From IMG/VR virus record IMGVR_UViG_3300021375_000026: 64,000 bases of DNA; one strand, 5' to 3'. Positions 30,201 through 38,143 of this stretch are shown in pieces; positions within the stretch are counted from its first letter, which is position 1; each line of letters begins with the position of its first letter. This DNA comes from an uncultured virus (IMG/VR IMGVR_UViG_3300021375_000026) (lineage: Duplodnaviria > Heunggongvirae > Uroviricota > Caudoviricetes). Below the pieces are notes generated by a model. The model saw only the letters and a program-made list of their open reading frames with translations. It was not told the origin of the DNA and searched no databases. Both the position numbers and the translations under genes were made by a program.

Positions 30201-32328
30201 TTTCAGTATTTGAAGTGAACATAGCCCCTACAATATCCTGCACCTGTTCTGTGGAAAGTTGCGTGTTGTCGTTGGCTGTCATATCGTCAACTACAAAATC
30301 AATCCTACCATTTGTGTCATCGTATGTTACGCCGATTCTTGTTTCTGTTCCAACAAGCATAGCCCCCACTATATCTTGTACCGCTTCTGTTGTTAACTGC
30401 GTGTTTGTATCTGTTGAAGCAATAGTTAATGTTCCTGCTGCGTCATCATAAGTAACACTTACATTTGTACCTGCTGTGATTACCCCTGCTACGAAATCCT
30501 CAACTTGTTCTTGTGTTAATTGAGTATTTGTATCTGTATCTGTTGGAACAGCCCATGTAAAAGAACCATCACCATCTGAACGTAAAAATTGTGTAGCAGA
30601 ACCGTCTCCGGTTACATTTAATTTACCTGCTGTGATTGCATCATCAGCGATTCTTGCTGTTGCGAATGTACCGCTTGTAATCTTACTTGCCGCTAGGCTT
30701 GGAATATCACTTGCAGAAAGACCATCATCGAGAATGTTTATTTCTGCTTTAGTAGCAGTAATACCTAAGTTTGTTAGAGCGTTGCCCTGTTGTGTAGAAG
30801 TAAGTCCTTGACTATCGGTATCTGTTCTTAATCTGTTGCCTAAAGCAGTAGAAGTTGTTGTCGCATAGTTAGCGTCGTCTCCCAATGCTGCTGCTAATTC
30901 GTTAAGTGTGTTTAATGCTGCCGGTGCAGAATCTACAACCCCTGCAACCTCAGAATCTACATACGCCTTTATTGACTGTTGACTAGCAACCTTAGTTGCC
31001 GAGTTAGAAGCCATATTATCTTCGTCTAGTAAATCTGATGAGATAGCGTAATTGTTAGCACTTGCAGCAACTCCGTCTAGTTTGCTATGGTCTGCATCCG
31101 TAAACACATTTGAATCTGATGCTGATTCTACTAAAGTCCTAATTTCAGCAGCAGTTTGGTCTGCTGTCGCACTTGCTTCTATGGCGTTTAATTTAGTATG
31201 GTCGTCATCAGTAAAGACATTAGAATCAGTAGCAGACTCTACTAATGTTCGTATTTCTGCTGCTGTTTGGTCTGCGGTTGCAGATGCCTCAATAGCATTT
31301 AACTTACTGTGGTCTGCGTCTGTAAATACATTAGAATCAGTAGCGGCTTCGACTAACGCTCTTATTTCTGCCGCAGTTTGGTCGGCAGTAGCACTAGCCT
31401 CTATACCATCTAATTTATTTTTTAATGTTGTCGTAAAACTATTTTCTGTTTGGCTTGCTACTGAAAGGTCTAGTTTACCATTAGTATCATCGTATGTTAC
31501 GGTTATACCACTCTCGGTATTACCTGCAATCATAGCACCAATAATATCTTGCACTTCTTCGGTAGTTAACTGTGTATTAGCAGTCATGTCATCGACAACA
31601 AAATTAATCCTTCCGTTTGTATCGTCATAAGAAACACCAATGCGTGTTTCAGTACCTACAAGCATATCTCCTACTATGTCCTGCACTTGTTCTGTTGTAA
31701 GTTGTGTATTCGTATCTGTACCTGTTATTGTTACTGCGCCCGTAGCACCACTTATAGAAATATTAGTACCTGCTACTATGGATGTTACGCCTGTGTTTGT
31801 TAGTGTTACTGTGCCGGAAGTACCACCACCACCTAAACCTGTTCCTGCTGTTACTCCTTCGATGTCTCCTGTTGCCGCCGCTACTGATGCTAAAACTACC
31901 CAAGCATCTGTACCTGTTTTTCTAATAGTTGCTTTAGCATATTGCGCTAAAGAAGTAGTACCACTAACTGTTACGCCGGATGCACCGGAGAGTGTTATTG
32001 CACCCGCACCTATATTTAGTACGTGTATTTCAGTTAAACCATTTACGAAAGGAACATTAGCATTAGTGGGTATAGTAAGTGTTAATCCACTACCCGAATT
32101 AAAAACAATTAACCTACCTTCATCTTTACGAAGTAGTGTGTAGTCAGCAGTTTTAGTTGTTGCCGGTCTAACGTCAACAGAAGTACCGCCGACAGTCGAA
32201 CCGTCTCCATAGAATAAAAATCCTGCATCTGCATCTTTATACAAATGTTGTGTATGAGGCGTTACTGCTAGTCTTTCACTTTCAGTAGTTAGAAAGATAT
32301 TTTTATTGTCTGTTAATTTTTCTGCCAT
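24259..32328 (-). CDS. Giant repetitive tail/head fibre (2689 aa)
   Basis: About 15 TQLxxEQVQD repeats, three ASATADQTAAEIR repeats, two (L)NTLxELAAALGDDAN fibre motifs, and C-terminal NxAIG-type beta-roll repeats. Confidence 0.85.
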   Translation of the reverse strand: MAEKLTDNKNIFLTTESERLAVTPHTQHLYKDADAGFLFYGDGSTVGGTSVDVRPATTKTADYTLLRKDEGRLIVFNSGSGLTLTIPTNANVPFVNGLTEIHVLNIGAGAITLSGASGVTVSGTTSLAQYAKATIRKTGTDAWVVLASVAAATGDIEGVTAGTGLGGGGTSGTVTLTNTGVTSIVAGTNISISGATGAVTITGTDTNTQLTTEQVQDIVGDMLVGTETRIGVSYDDTNGRINFVVDDMTANTQLTTEEVQDIIGAMIAGNTESGITVTYDDTNGKLDLSVASQTENSFTTTLKNKLDGIEASATADQTAAEIRALVEAATDSNVFTDADHSKLNAIEASATADQTAAEIRTLVESATDSNVFTDDDHTKLNAIEASATADQTAAEIRTLVESASDSNVFTDADHSKLDGVAASANNYAISSDLLDEDNMASNSATKVASQQSIKAYVDSEVAGVVDSAPAALNTLNELAAALGDDANYATTTSTALGNRLRTDTDSQGLTSTQQGNALTNLGITATKAEINILDDGLSASDIPSLAASKITSGTFATARIADDAITAGKLNVTGDGSATQFLRSDGDGSFTWAVPTDTDTNTQLTQEQVEDFVAGVITAGTNVSVTYDDAAGTLTIASTDTNTQLTTEAVQDIVGAMLVGTETRIGVTYDDTNGRIDFVVDDMTANDNTQLSTEQVQDIVGAMFTSNTETRITATYQDGDGTIDLVVDDQSSDNNTTYSISAVDGDNADEEKIRLTDSASGTDDIVLEAGTGLSIARSGDKITFTNTVTDTNTQLTTEQVQDIIGAMFASNTETRVAATYDDTNGKIDIVVDDMTTDTNTFRTITAGGNTLGASETLAFTAGSNVTISENAGAVTIASTDTNTNTQLSDEQVQDIIGAMVDGGTETNISVTYDDTNGKLNFVSTNTEYSVGDGGLTQNNFTNTLKTKLDNIATSANNYVHPNHSGEVTSSADGATVIADNVIDEANLKATNSPTDNYLLSYDQATTGFTWIAAGAGGENNQNAFSTVAVSGQDNVVADAATDTLTFAAGSNVTITTTAGSDTITFASADTNTQLTQEQVEDFVNGLIVGGTNVTATYDDGAGTLTLSSSDTNTQLSTEEVQDIVGAMLVGTETRIGVTYDDTNGRINFVVDDMTADTQPLTTEAVQDIVGGMFASNTETRVAATYDDTNGKINVVVDDMTANDNTFRTITAGGNTLGASETLAFTAGSNVTITESGGAVTITSADTNTNTQLSQEQVEDYIDGLLTAGSNVSLTYDDTAGTLTIASTDTNTQLSTEQVQDIVGAMFSSNTETRISATYQDGDGTIDLVVDDLNTNTQLSTEQVQDIVGGMFASNTETRVAATYDDTNGKINVVVDDMTANDNTFRTITAGGNTLGSSETLAFTAGTNVSISESGGAVTITSTDTNTEYSVGDGGLTQNNFTNTLKSKLDGIASSANNYAISSDLLDEDNMATNSATKVASQQSIKAYVDGKVATNASAITAITTGAPSLLNTLDELAAALGDDANFATTTATSLGEKLVKTSNLSDLANAGTARTNLGLGTAATLSGTGAVANGNAGLVTGDVVFDYIAAQGFGTGAGDITSVVAGTGLSGGATSGDATVNLSHLGIESLSDPNGDRLLIWDDSAGAIVFATANSNLAISGTNVNATDTNTTYSIGDGGLTQNNFTNTLKSKLDGIAASANNYALTDDLASGEITQLQNIGATTITATQWGYLGASSGAITNTDTQLSTEQVQDIVGAMFGSNTETRITATYQDGDGTIDLVVDDLNTDTQLTTEAVQDIVGAMFTSNTETRISATYEDGDGTIDLVVDDMTANTNTNQLTTFTLTGDSGTNQTIAHGNTLDIAGGTGIDTVVGNTDTVTVAIDSTVATLSGSQTLSNKTIAVSQVTELSNLTAAEGEQLENIGSVTISNAQWGYLGAATGAITNTDTNTQNEYAISFVDASNDIRLRLTESGAGSGTQDIMFVAGSNVTLTHTDANNITIASTDTNTNTTYSAGTNISLSGTTFNVDDAFLKNNANDATTGTITAAGFSTTGSITLGGHTFNDIDIGTEFVDTDDHLMSSGAIKEKIESYSYGTGDVTLTGTQTLTNKTLTSPTIATPTITGTLDETGDIDISSLYGRINFKKDSNGNVNNDAIYFINGSDQYAGAVKYFHADNTVRFDANQATQLHISDGAIYPPVDSDVDLGTTSLRFKDTFVDSITVTGEVDAASLDISGDADIDGTLEADAITIGGTAIAAAGTTSITTLGTIGTGTWQGTAIAQAYIADQAINEAKLQVSNNPTNGYVLTAQSGNTGGLTWAEAGGGASEINDLSDAITLSSRNLGLGTNAGVAWVSGANQNVAVGEESGKAITTGDGNISVGAFSLQTATTSSYNTAIGDQAGASATGWRNVMVGSSSGYNITSSDSVFVGYQAGQAATSGLYNVALGSGALNDVTTGNRNIGIGRNAGDGFDTESDNIAIGYDALGGAVAGGEMNVVIGNYAGDAVTSGDGNTLLGHTAGGAITTGSHNITLGYLSGDNLTTGSGNVVIGRHDPASNTGDNQLVISNAKQTSFGGRTWILGNDLSQVNSKVNVVAISSNTTLSNVGEGQVEQSGAIIYWTGGTLTLPYNATVGTQYTIINNTGSAAKPSLNTNGDFLNGTHGNIDDKNSRTYVCLAAANTGGGSPDWWGIG

Positions 32329-32374
32329 GCTACACGCCCCCTGTTTTTATTCAATACCGTGTGTCCTATTAATC

Positions 32375-33583
32375 TTATGCGTTCTCCCACGAAGGCACAC
32401 CACTTACTAATTTTAAGACCTGTCCATTACTGCCCGGATTTAATACGGATATTGTACCATTACCATTACCATAAAGTATTGCGCCAACAGGAATTGTTTG
32501 TAGCCCTGTACCCCCATGATAAACAGGGGTATTACTAATAGCACCTATGGTTTCATAAACACCATCTGCTATTTGTCTAAAGTTCCAATCGCCTCTAATA
32601 GTAGGTCTTTTTACGCATTTTATAGTGGCGGCTTTAACATCTACACCAACTTCCCCATAAATCCTACCACCATCTTTTATTACTAACTCATTACATTCTA
32701 TTGTAAGCCCCGCAGGGATTAGCCAATAGTTATCTATAACGTCATTTGCTTCAATTACTAACTTATGATATTGAGCGTAAAAGTTTTTTGTGGTGGAATC
32801 TAAGAAATGTGAAGAACCCGTAACGGGAAAATCAAGTTTACCATAAGATGATGATTTAGATGTCTTAAATCTAACAGTAGTATGACCGAATCTAAAGGTG
32901 TCGCCAATGGCCGTTAAAGTACCTTCAAACAAAAACTCCTTACTATAATCGTATATATCGTAACTACTAGAATTAACATCGTTAGCATTCATGTCTCCTA
33001 TATCGACAGAACCATAATTGTTAAACTCGGTACGTGAAGCATCGGAGTATATTTTCTTTGCTTTTAGTGTTCCCGTAAAAGTAAACTTAGGATATACACC
33101 ATCCACCATACTAAATGAATGGCTTGGGAAAATAAATGCCGTCCTATCTCTACCTGTGTTCCAAACACTAGTGTCTGCGCCAAAACTAACTAAGGCTTTA
33201 GTGTATGCTGTACCTGCACCATCGTATGTAGCAATACCTACTGATGCGGGGTCGCCCGAAAAAGTTACTGTGTTTGTACCATCAAACTTAAGACAGTCTG
33301 CTCTATTTATTGTCAAAGCGCCCGATAACCTAATATGTATAGTATTATTAGTAGTTAGTTTTCCCGTATAATTAGATGCAATAGTAATATTACCTAATAT
33401 CTCAGTAGTGTAGTTACCGGCATTACCTAAAACACAATTAACTTGACCCCCATCAGAAGTGTTGTCAAAAACTAAATCATCACCTGCTTCGGGTTCATTA
33501 TTATTTGCACCGTTACTAGGTGTCCAATTAGCAGGAGTTTCAAAATCTTCCGATTGACTTCCGTTCCATGTTTTCGTTCCCAT
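32375..33583 (-). CDS. Virion structural/fibre-like protein
   Basis: Beta-helix-like N-terminus; C-terminal PVYHGGTG...GAILYGNG...GQVLK..SGVPSW fibre motif. Confidence 0.6.
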   Translation of the reverse strand: MGTKTWNGSQSEDFETPANWTPSNGANNNEPEAGDDLVFDNTSDGGQVNCVLGNAGNYTTEILGNITIASNYTGKLTTNNTIHIRLSGALTINRADCLKFDGTNTVTFSGDPASVGIATYDGAGTAYTKALVSFGADTSVWNTGRDRTAFIFPSHSFSMVDGVYPKFTFTGTLKAKKIYSDASRTEFNNYGSVDIGDMNANDVNSSSYDIYDYSKEFLFEGTLTAIGDTFRFGHTTVRFKTSKSSSYGKLDFPVTGSSHFLDSTTKNFYAQYHKLVIEANDVIDNYWLIPAGLTIECNELVIKDGGRIYGEVGVDVKAATIKCVKRPTIRGDWNFRQIADGVYETIGAISNTPVYHGGTGLQTIPVGAILYGNGNGTISVLNPGSNGQVLKLVSGVPSWENA

Positions 33584-33594
33584 TTACCTCACCT

Positions 33595-34080
33595 CTATTG
33601 CGAAGAGAGAGAACCGGACAACTCGCCACTTTTTGTACCGCTTGTTTTTGCGGCTGTGGCCTTTGTATAAAATGCTGTGCCGCCCTTCTCTTCTATTGCA
33701 CTTAATAGCGACTTCGCTTGCCTCTCGAATGAGGCTAACTGTTGATTATAACGAATATCTGCTGTACCCTGTTCTTTTTCGGGAACAACAGAAGGTATGG
33801 TATCTATGAGTACTCTTAAGCAATCAACACATACCATAAACTTAATTGCACCTTCTATGTGTGCAGTAAGTGGTGCATTTGTAGAGTTAACCCCTACATA
33901 ATTTGCTCTACGTACTTTCTTTTGTACTTCGGGAATACGTATGTTAAGATACTCGACAATAGTAGCCCCGTTCAAACCTCTTGGTCTGTTAAGTAAGTCT
34001 CTTATTTGTCTTGCAGATATATTAGTGTCGAGTACGGTTGCTTCTTCGTCTACTACTAATTCTCCTACATCAAATGACAT
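33595..34080 (-). CDS. Putative head completion/adaptor protein
   Basis: Helical, 161 aa, two genes downstream of the capsid gene. Confidence 0.45.
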   Translation of the reverse strand: MSFDVGELVVDEEATVLDTNISARQIRDLLNRPRGLNGATIVEYLNIRIPEVQKKVRRANYVGVNSTNAPLTAHIEGAIKFMVCVDCLRVLIDTIPSVVPEKEQGTADIRYNQQLASFERQAKSLLSAIEEKGGTAFYTKATAAKTSGTKSGELSGSLSSQ

Positions 34081-34090
34081 TCATACACCT

Positions 34091-34486
34091 CTACTCATAG
34101 TCCAATGGTACGTCTATGAATACGGTGTTTGATGAAGGTTTCTCCGACCGACCAACTATTACTACTCTTTGTGTAGCAATTATCCTATCAGTCATGTCGC
34201 TTGGTGGAAGCCAATACAATGCCTTTCTAGGTGAATCTAGTAATGCTAGAGGATGCCCTACATATCTTGAGCCTGCGTTACGATGAACTCTCACCAAGTA
34301 ACCCTTTCCGGCTTTCCAATGTTTCAAACGGTGTTCCATTTCTTTTACATCTGCTGATTCGGGCAACAATATACCTGCATCCTTTAGTTGGGTAGCAAGG
34401 TTAGCCTTAGACGGCTGCTTTTTCTTTGCAGCCGCCTTTGGCTTTGTAGCCTTCTTAGTAGAAGTCTTTTTAGTTTCTTTAGGCAA
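34091..34486 (-). CDS. Basic Lys-rich hypothetical protein
   Basis: KETKKTSTKKATKPKAAAKKK N-terminus; directly after the capsid gene. Confidence 0.6.
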   Translation of the reverse strand: MPKETKKTSTKKATKPKAAAKKKQPSKANLATQLKDAGILLPESADVKEMEHRLKHWKAGKGYLVRVHRNAGSRYVGHPLALLDSPRKALYWLPPSDMTDRIIATQRVVIVGRSEKPSSNTVFIDVPLDYE

Positions 34487-34503
34487 TTAACCACCGCCCG
34501 TAT

Positions 34504-35424
34504 TTAAGCACGGACTCCGGTTAACTTTAGAATCCTTCTGTTAGTACCGGATGATGCGCCATCTTGGTGTTCGTGGATAACGCTACCCATGTAAGAAGTA
34601 AGAAGCCAATCGTAACCTACGCCCGGCAATCTTGTTAATTCTGTTTCTGTGAAACCTTCACCGTTGTATGTGAAGAACTCGGCTGTATCTGCGCCCGGAA
34701 TTAGCATTAGTGCATCGTTTCCGATTGCGTTGCCGCTTCCGTAATCTCTTGTGTAAGAGATAGACATAGATGCGATTCTAGCCAAGTGGTCGCCTAGTGA
34801 TTCTACTACGTTTCCGTATAGTGTTGTATTTAGGATAGCACTTCTTACGTCAGCAGGTAATACTAGTGCAAGTGGCTCGTTACCGCTTACTCTACCTTCT
34901 GCGAAGATGTTGTCCATACAGTTTAGTATGTCGCCTTCTTCATCAGCAGATGCGTGTCCGAATACTTGTGTGCAAGCAACTGATGTTGCGCCTGCGCCAC
35001 CGTAAAGTTTTGCTAAGATGTGGTTGTCGATTGTGTCAGCCCTTGCTCTTACGATAGCAAGTTGTTGACGGTCGATGTTCTCGAAAGATTCACCACGTAG
35101 TCTTACTGCGTCTAGGAAAGTAACACGACCTTGACCCTTTTCGAGTTTGGTTGTGTAGTTTGCTGTTCCTAGGTTGGTTGGGTCTGTTAGTGCGACATCA
35201 TCGAGTGGGTAACTAAATGTACCTACTACTCCTGTGTACCACTTAAACTCTAACCAAGGTACGCTACGAACACCGACTAAATCGGTTGCGATAGCGATTG
35301 TGTTAGATTGTAGTTGGATAAAGTCTCTTAGAGTTTGCTCTAAGACTGCATCTCCAACTGAAAATGGGCCGACTGCTGCTGTTGGGTTTAATATTTCTTC
35401 TAATGTATTGTTCATATCATTCAT
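34504..35424 (-). CDS. Major capsid protein (HK97 fold)
   Basis: 306 aa; follows protease/scaffold and decoration genes; backbone helix IDRQQLAIVRARADTIDNHIL; strong GGAG SD. Confidence 0.8.
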   Translation of the reverse strand: MNDMNNTLEEILNPTAAVGPFSVGDAVLEQTLRDFIQLQSNTIAIATDLVGVRSVPWLEFKWYTGVVGTFSYPLDDVALTDPTNLGTANYTTKLEKGQGRVTFLDAVRLRGESFENIDRQQLAIVRARADTIDNHILAKLYGGAGATSVACTQVFGHASADEEGDILNCMDNIFAEGRVSGNEPLALVLPADVRSAILNTTLYGNVVESLGDHLARIASMSISYTRDYGSGNAIGNDALMLIPGADTAEFFTYNGEGFTETELTRLPGVGYDWLLTSYMGSVIHEHQDGASSGTNRRILKLTGVRA

Positions 35425-35446
35425 CTCCTATAATTTACTACTATAT

Positions 35447-35857
35447 CTAACAAGATACAGGTATGTAATCTCCTGCTGCAATAGCGCCTTCTCCACCGAA
35501 GTAGTAACCTACTAAGGTTGCTGAGTTAGATGCGTCGTCATCAACACATCCATCTAATCCTGCTGTTTGTGTAAGGTAGATAGGTAATCCAAACTTAGGT
35601 GAAGCAATTGCTGCACCTGCTTTAAGATAGCAAATACCGTCAAGAGGAAGGATTGATACTGTTCCTGTTCCTGCTGCTTCCAATGCTGAATCTGCATCTC
35701 TACTTGATTCTGCCATTGTGTAGCCGATTGGTGTATCGTCTACTGATGCAGTCATTAGAATACCACTTGCGTGATATTTAACTACTAGTCCTTTGCTTGC
35801 GAATGTTTCTTGTATGTCAACTACGTGTACGGGGTCGTTTCCTGAATATGCTACCAT
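35447..35857 (-). CDS. Capsid decoration/cement protein
   Basis: 136 aa Gly/Ala-rich beta protein between scaffold and capsid genes (PIG...ES...GTVSI...GICYL.A..AI). Confidence 0.6.
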   Translation of the reverse strand: MVAYSGNDPVHVVDIQETFASKGLVVKYHASGILMTASVDDTPIGYTMAESSRDADSALEAAGTGTVSILPLDGICYLKAGAAIASPKFGLPIYLTQTAGLDGCVDDDASNSATLVGYYFGGEGAIAAGDYIPVSC

Positions 35858-35858
35858 T

Positions 35859-37532
35859 TTATCTCATCTCCTTGATGTCATTGTACGAAGGTGCAGACAT
35901 TCTTGTTCTTTCTGCCCCTGCGAGTGTTTTGTTCCATGTGTTAGCCCAAAGGTTAAATGCCTTTGCGTAAACTGCTTCATCGTTTGCGACCATTCTTCCA
36001 TTCAAGTAGTTTGCTACTTGTGGCGCTTCTGATGCTTCTACTGCTTCGACAGGTTTTGTCTCAGATGCAATAGGTGTCATCTCAACAGGAGTTGGCGCAG
36101 GGTGCGCTTCTTCCCAAGATGCGATAAGTGTTTCTAGTGTAGGAGTAGAAAGGTCATCATGGCCGGACATTCCTAACTCAGATGCTTTAGTAACTAAAGT
36201 CATTCTTTCTTCTTCTGCTTTTGCGGCCACTTGAGCCTCGAACTCAGCGACACGGCTGTTAGCCAAAACTAACTCAGCCTGCATAGCCTCGATTTGTGCT
36301 TCATAATTTGTTTCTATGTTTTCTTCTTCGGTCATACTTTTCACCGTTGGTTGATTAACGTCAGCAATTGAATGACCTATAAAGGTTGGCTCACTTGCTA
36401 TCATTTCTTCTTCGATTACTATTTTTTCGATAGATTCTACATTTGCTCGCTCATAAGCGGGTTTTACTACCAATGCTAAGTGGTCGAAAGTGAAATCTTC
36501 ACCGAATACAAGTCCGTTTTCGTCTGCTGATACAGGAATACCCGAACCACCAATGCTTACGCCGTACCCATCTTCTTTCCATAGACCGGATGCTAAACTT
36601 GGGAATAATTCTGTTTGAGTAACGTGTGCTACATATCTTACTTCGTAGCCATTATCTGTTTTGAAGAAAGAAGCGCCAACTATCCTACCGACGTTAGATT
36701 CTTCTATTCCTTCTTCATTTCTTGTAAATCCCGCACCGTTTTCATTTGCTGCCGGATGATATAGTGTCAAATCTGAATCTTTCATTTGTTGTGCAACACT
36801 TCTTGCACCTTCTTCGGTTAAAGACCAATTGTTTTTATTCATACCTTCGTGGAATGCTATACCTCTTATTTCATAAACGGTTTTTCCTGTTTCTGCGATA
36901 AGTTTTGCTTCGACATCTTCTAAAGTTAATTCTAAGGTAACTGCAACTCTTTTACACTCACCATCTATCATCTTTTCACCATAACCACACTCTGCCGCTT
37001 TTTTCTTATCGTCATCGTAGTATGCTTTTTCTGAAAACTCATGTCCTTCATGTGCTTTCATACATTGTTCTTTAGAGTAACCTGCTTCTTGACATCGTGT
37101 CATGTATTCATCGTGTGATTCTGTATCGTTAGGTCTAGGTTCAGCCGCTTCTGCATTTTCATCATTACAACCGCAACCGCATGGGCTACCATCTTCTGCT
37201 TCTACTTTTTTACCGCCTCGCCATTGTCTACAAGACCAATAACGTGCCTTCCATTTTGGGCCGGGACTTTGACAATTATGCCTAGACCTAAACGCTTTTC
37301 TTCTAGCAGGGTCGTCTCTTTTTATTTCCATGTTAGGGTCGCCAAATCTTACTATGACTACATTACCGCTACCATTTTTAGTATAAACTGCGAACTTTTT
37401 AGCACCGCCTTTTGTACGAAAAGGCTTATTGAGCGTAACGCTACGCCCTTGATACTCGGCAGCCGTAACATCTTCTTCATCCCATTCTTCGTATGCCACT
37501 ACTTCGCCACTACAACCGCATCCACACGACAT
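35859..37532 (-). CDS. Prohead protease with N-terminal accessory modules and C-terminal scaffold
   Basis: GIAFHEGMNKN, YH, GVSIGG, FDHLALV..PAY (HK97/herpes-type protease); coiled-coil acidic C-terminus. Confidence 0.85.
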   Translation of the reverse strand: MSCGCGCSGEVVAYEEWDEEDVTAAEYQGRSVTLNKPFRTKGGAKKFAVYTKNGSGNVVIVRFGDPNMEIKRDDPARRKAFRSRHNCQSPGPKWKARYWSCRQWRGGKKVEAEDGSPCGCGCNDENAEAAEPRPNDTESHDEYMTRCQEAGYSKEQCMKAHEGHEFSEKAYYDDDKKKAAECGYGEKMIDGECKRVAVTLELTLEDVEAKLIAETGKTVYEIRGIAFHEGMNKNNWSLTEEGARSVAQQMKDSDLTLYHPAANENGAGFTRNEEGIEESNVGRIVGASFFKTDNGYEVRYVAHVTQTELFPSLASGLWKEDGYGVSIGGSGIPVSADENGLVFGEDFTFDHLALVVKPAYERANVESIEKIVIEEEMIASEPTFIGHSIADVNQPTVKSMTEEENIETNYEAQIEAMQAELVLANSRVAEFEAQVAAKAEEERMTLVTKASELGMSGHDDLSTPTLETLIASWEEAHPAPTPVEMTPIASETKPVEAVEASEAPQVANYLNGRMVANDEAVYAKAFNLWANTWNKTLAGAERTRMSAPSYNDIKEMR

Positions 37533-37564
37533 GATATGTTTCAGTTAAGGAATGTCTTATTAAC

Positions 37565-37636
37565 CTACTCTTGACCTTCGGGGCATTCCCAACAATTACC
37601 TAGAGTACAAAAGCCGCACCAAATGCTACTATTCAT
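37565..37636 (-). CDS. 23-aa 4-Cys peptide (not in ORF track)
   Basis: MNSSIWCGFCTLGNCWECPEGQE*. ATGA overlap with the upstream stop; GGAGG SD. Confidence 0.45.
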   Translation of the reverse strand: MNSSIWCGFCTLGNCWECPEGQE

Positions 37637-38049
37637 TTCTTTGCCTCCTTTGTTTTTCCGTTAGTAATTTGAAACGCTTCCATATCTAAAGTATGTTTTT
37701 GCTGCATGGCTTCCATATCCAAATCGTGTTGTAGTTTTAATTCCTCTAGTTTTCTAGTATGATTTTTAGTTGCGTCAGTATCATTAATATCTGCATTTAG
37801 TCTATCCGGCAATACTGCAATTTTAGCACTTTCTTTACCCTTAAATAAATCTAAGACACTTGTTATAATCAAAAGTGCAGGCCCACCTAGCAGACCAATT
37901 ACTGTCAATTGTGAATCTGATATATCACGTTGTTCAACTACGCTGAAATATGAAGCAGCCGCAGCGATTATAACCCACGCCATAACTACTCCCATACCAA
38001 AAGTTAGCATTAGAGTCTCATTTGGATTAGTCATTTTCATCTGAGCCAT
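37633..38049 (-). CDS. Two-TM membrane protein, possibly holin-like (start reassigned to ATG 38049)
   Basis: Two hydrophobic helices and a charged coiled-coil tail; TTAATAAGACA promoter ~20 nt upstream of ATG 38049. Confidence 0.6.
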   Translation of the reverse strand: MAQMKMTNPNETLMLTFGMGVVMAWVIIAAAASYFSVVEQRDISDSQLTVIGLLGGPALLIITSVLDLFKGKESAKIAVLPDRLNADINDTDATKNHTRKLEELKLQHDLDMEAMQQKHTLDMEAFQITNGKTKEAKK

Positions 38050-38143
38050 GTTATTACCACCACCCGTATGTCTTATTAATACTTTGCTTAATATAATACC
38101 TAGTACACCACAAAAGAAATATATTAAGCCTAAAATTAAACTA

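Noticed and set aside
24259..32328. Diversity-generating retroelement acting on the fibre
   Set aside because: No reverse transcriptase and no TR/VR pair with adenine-specific differences; repeats differ mainly at synonymous sites.
6609..37574. Numerous + strand ORFs in the morphogenesis module (e.g. 10839, 14246, 28586, 31052, 31640)
   Set aside because: Antisense shadows of long minus-strand genes with biased codons.
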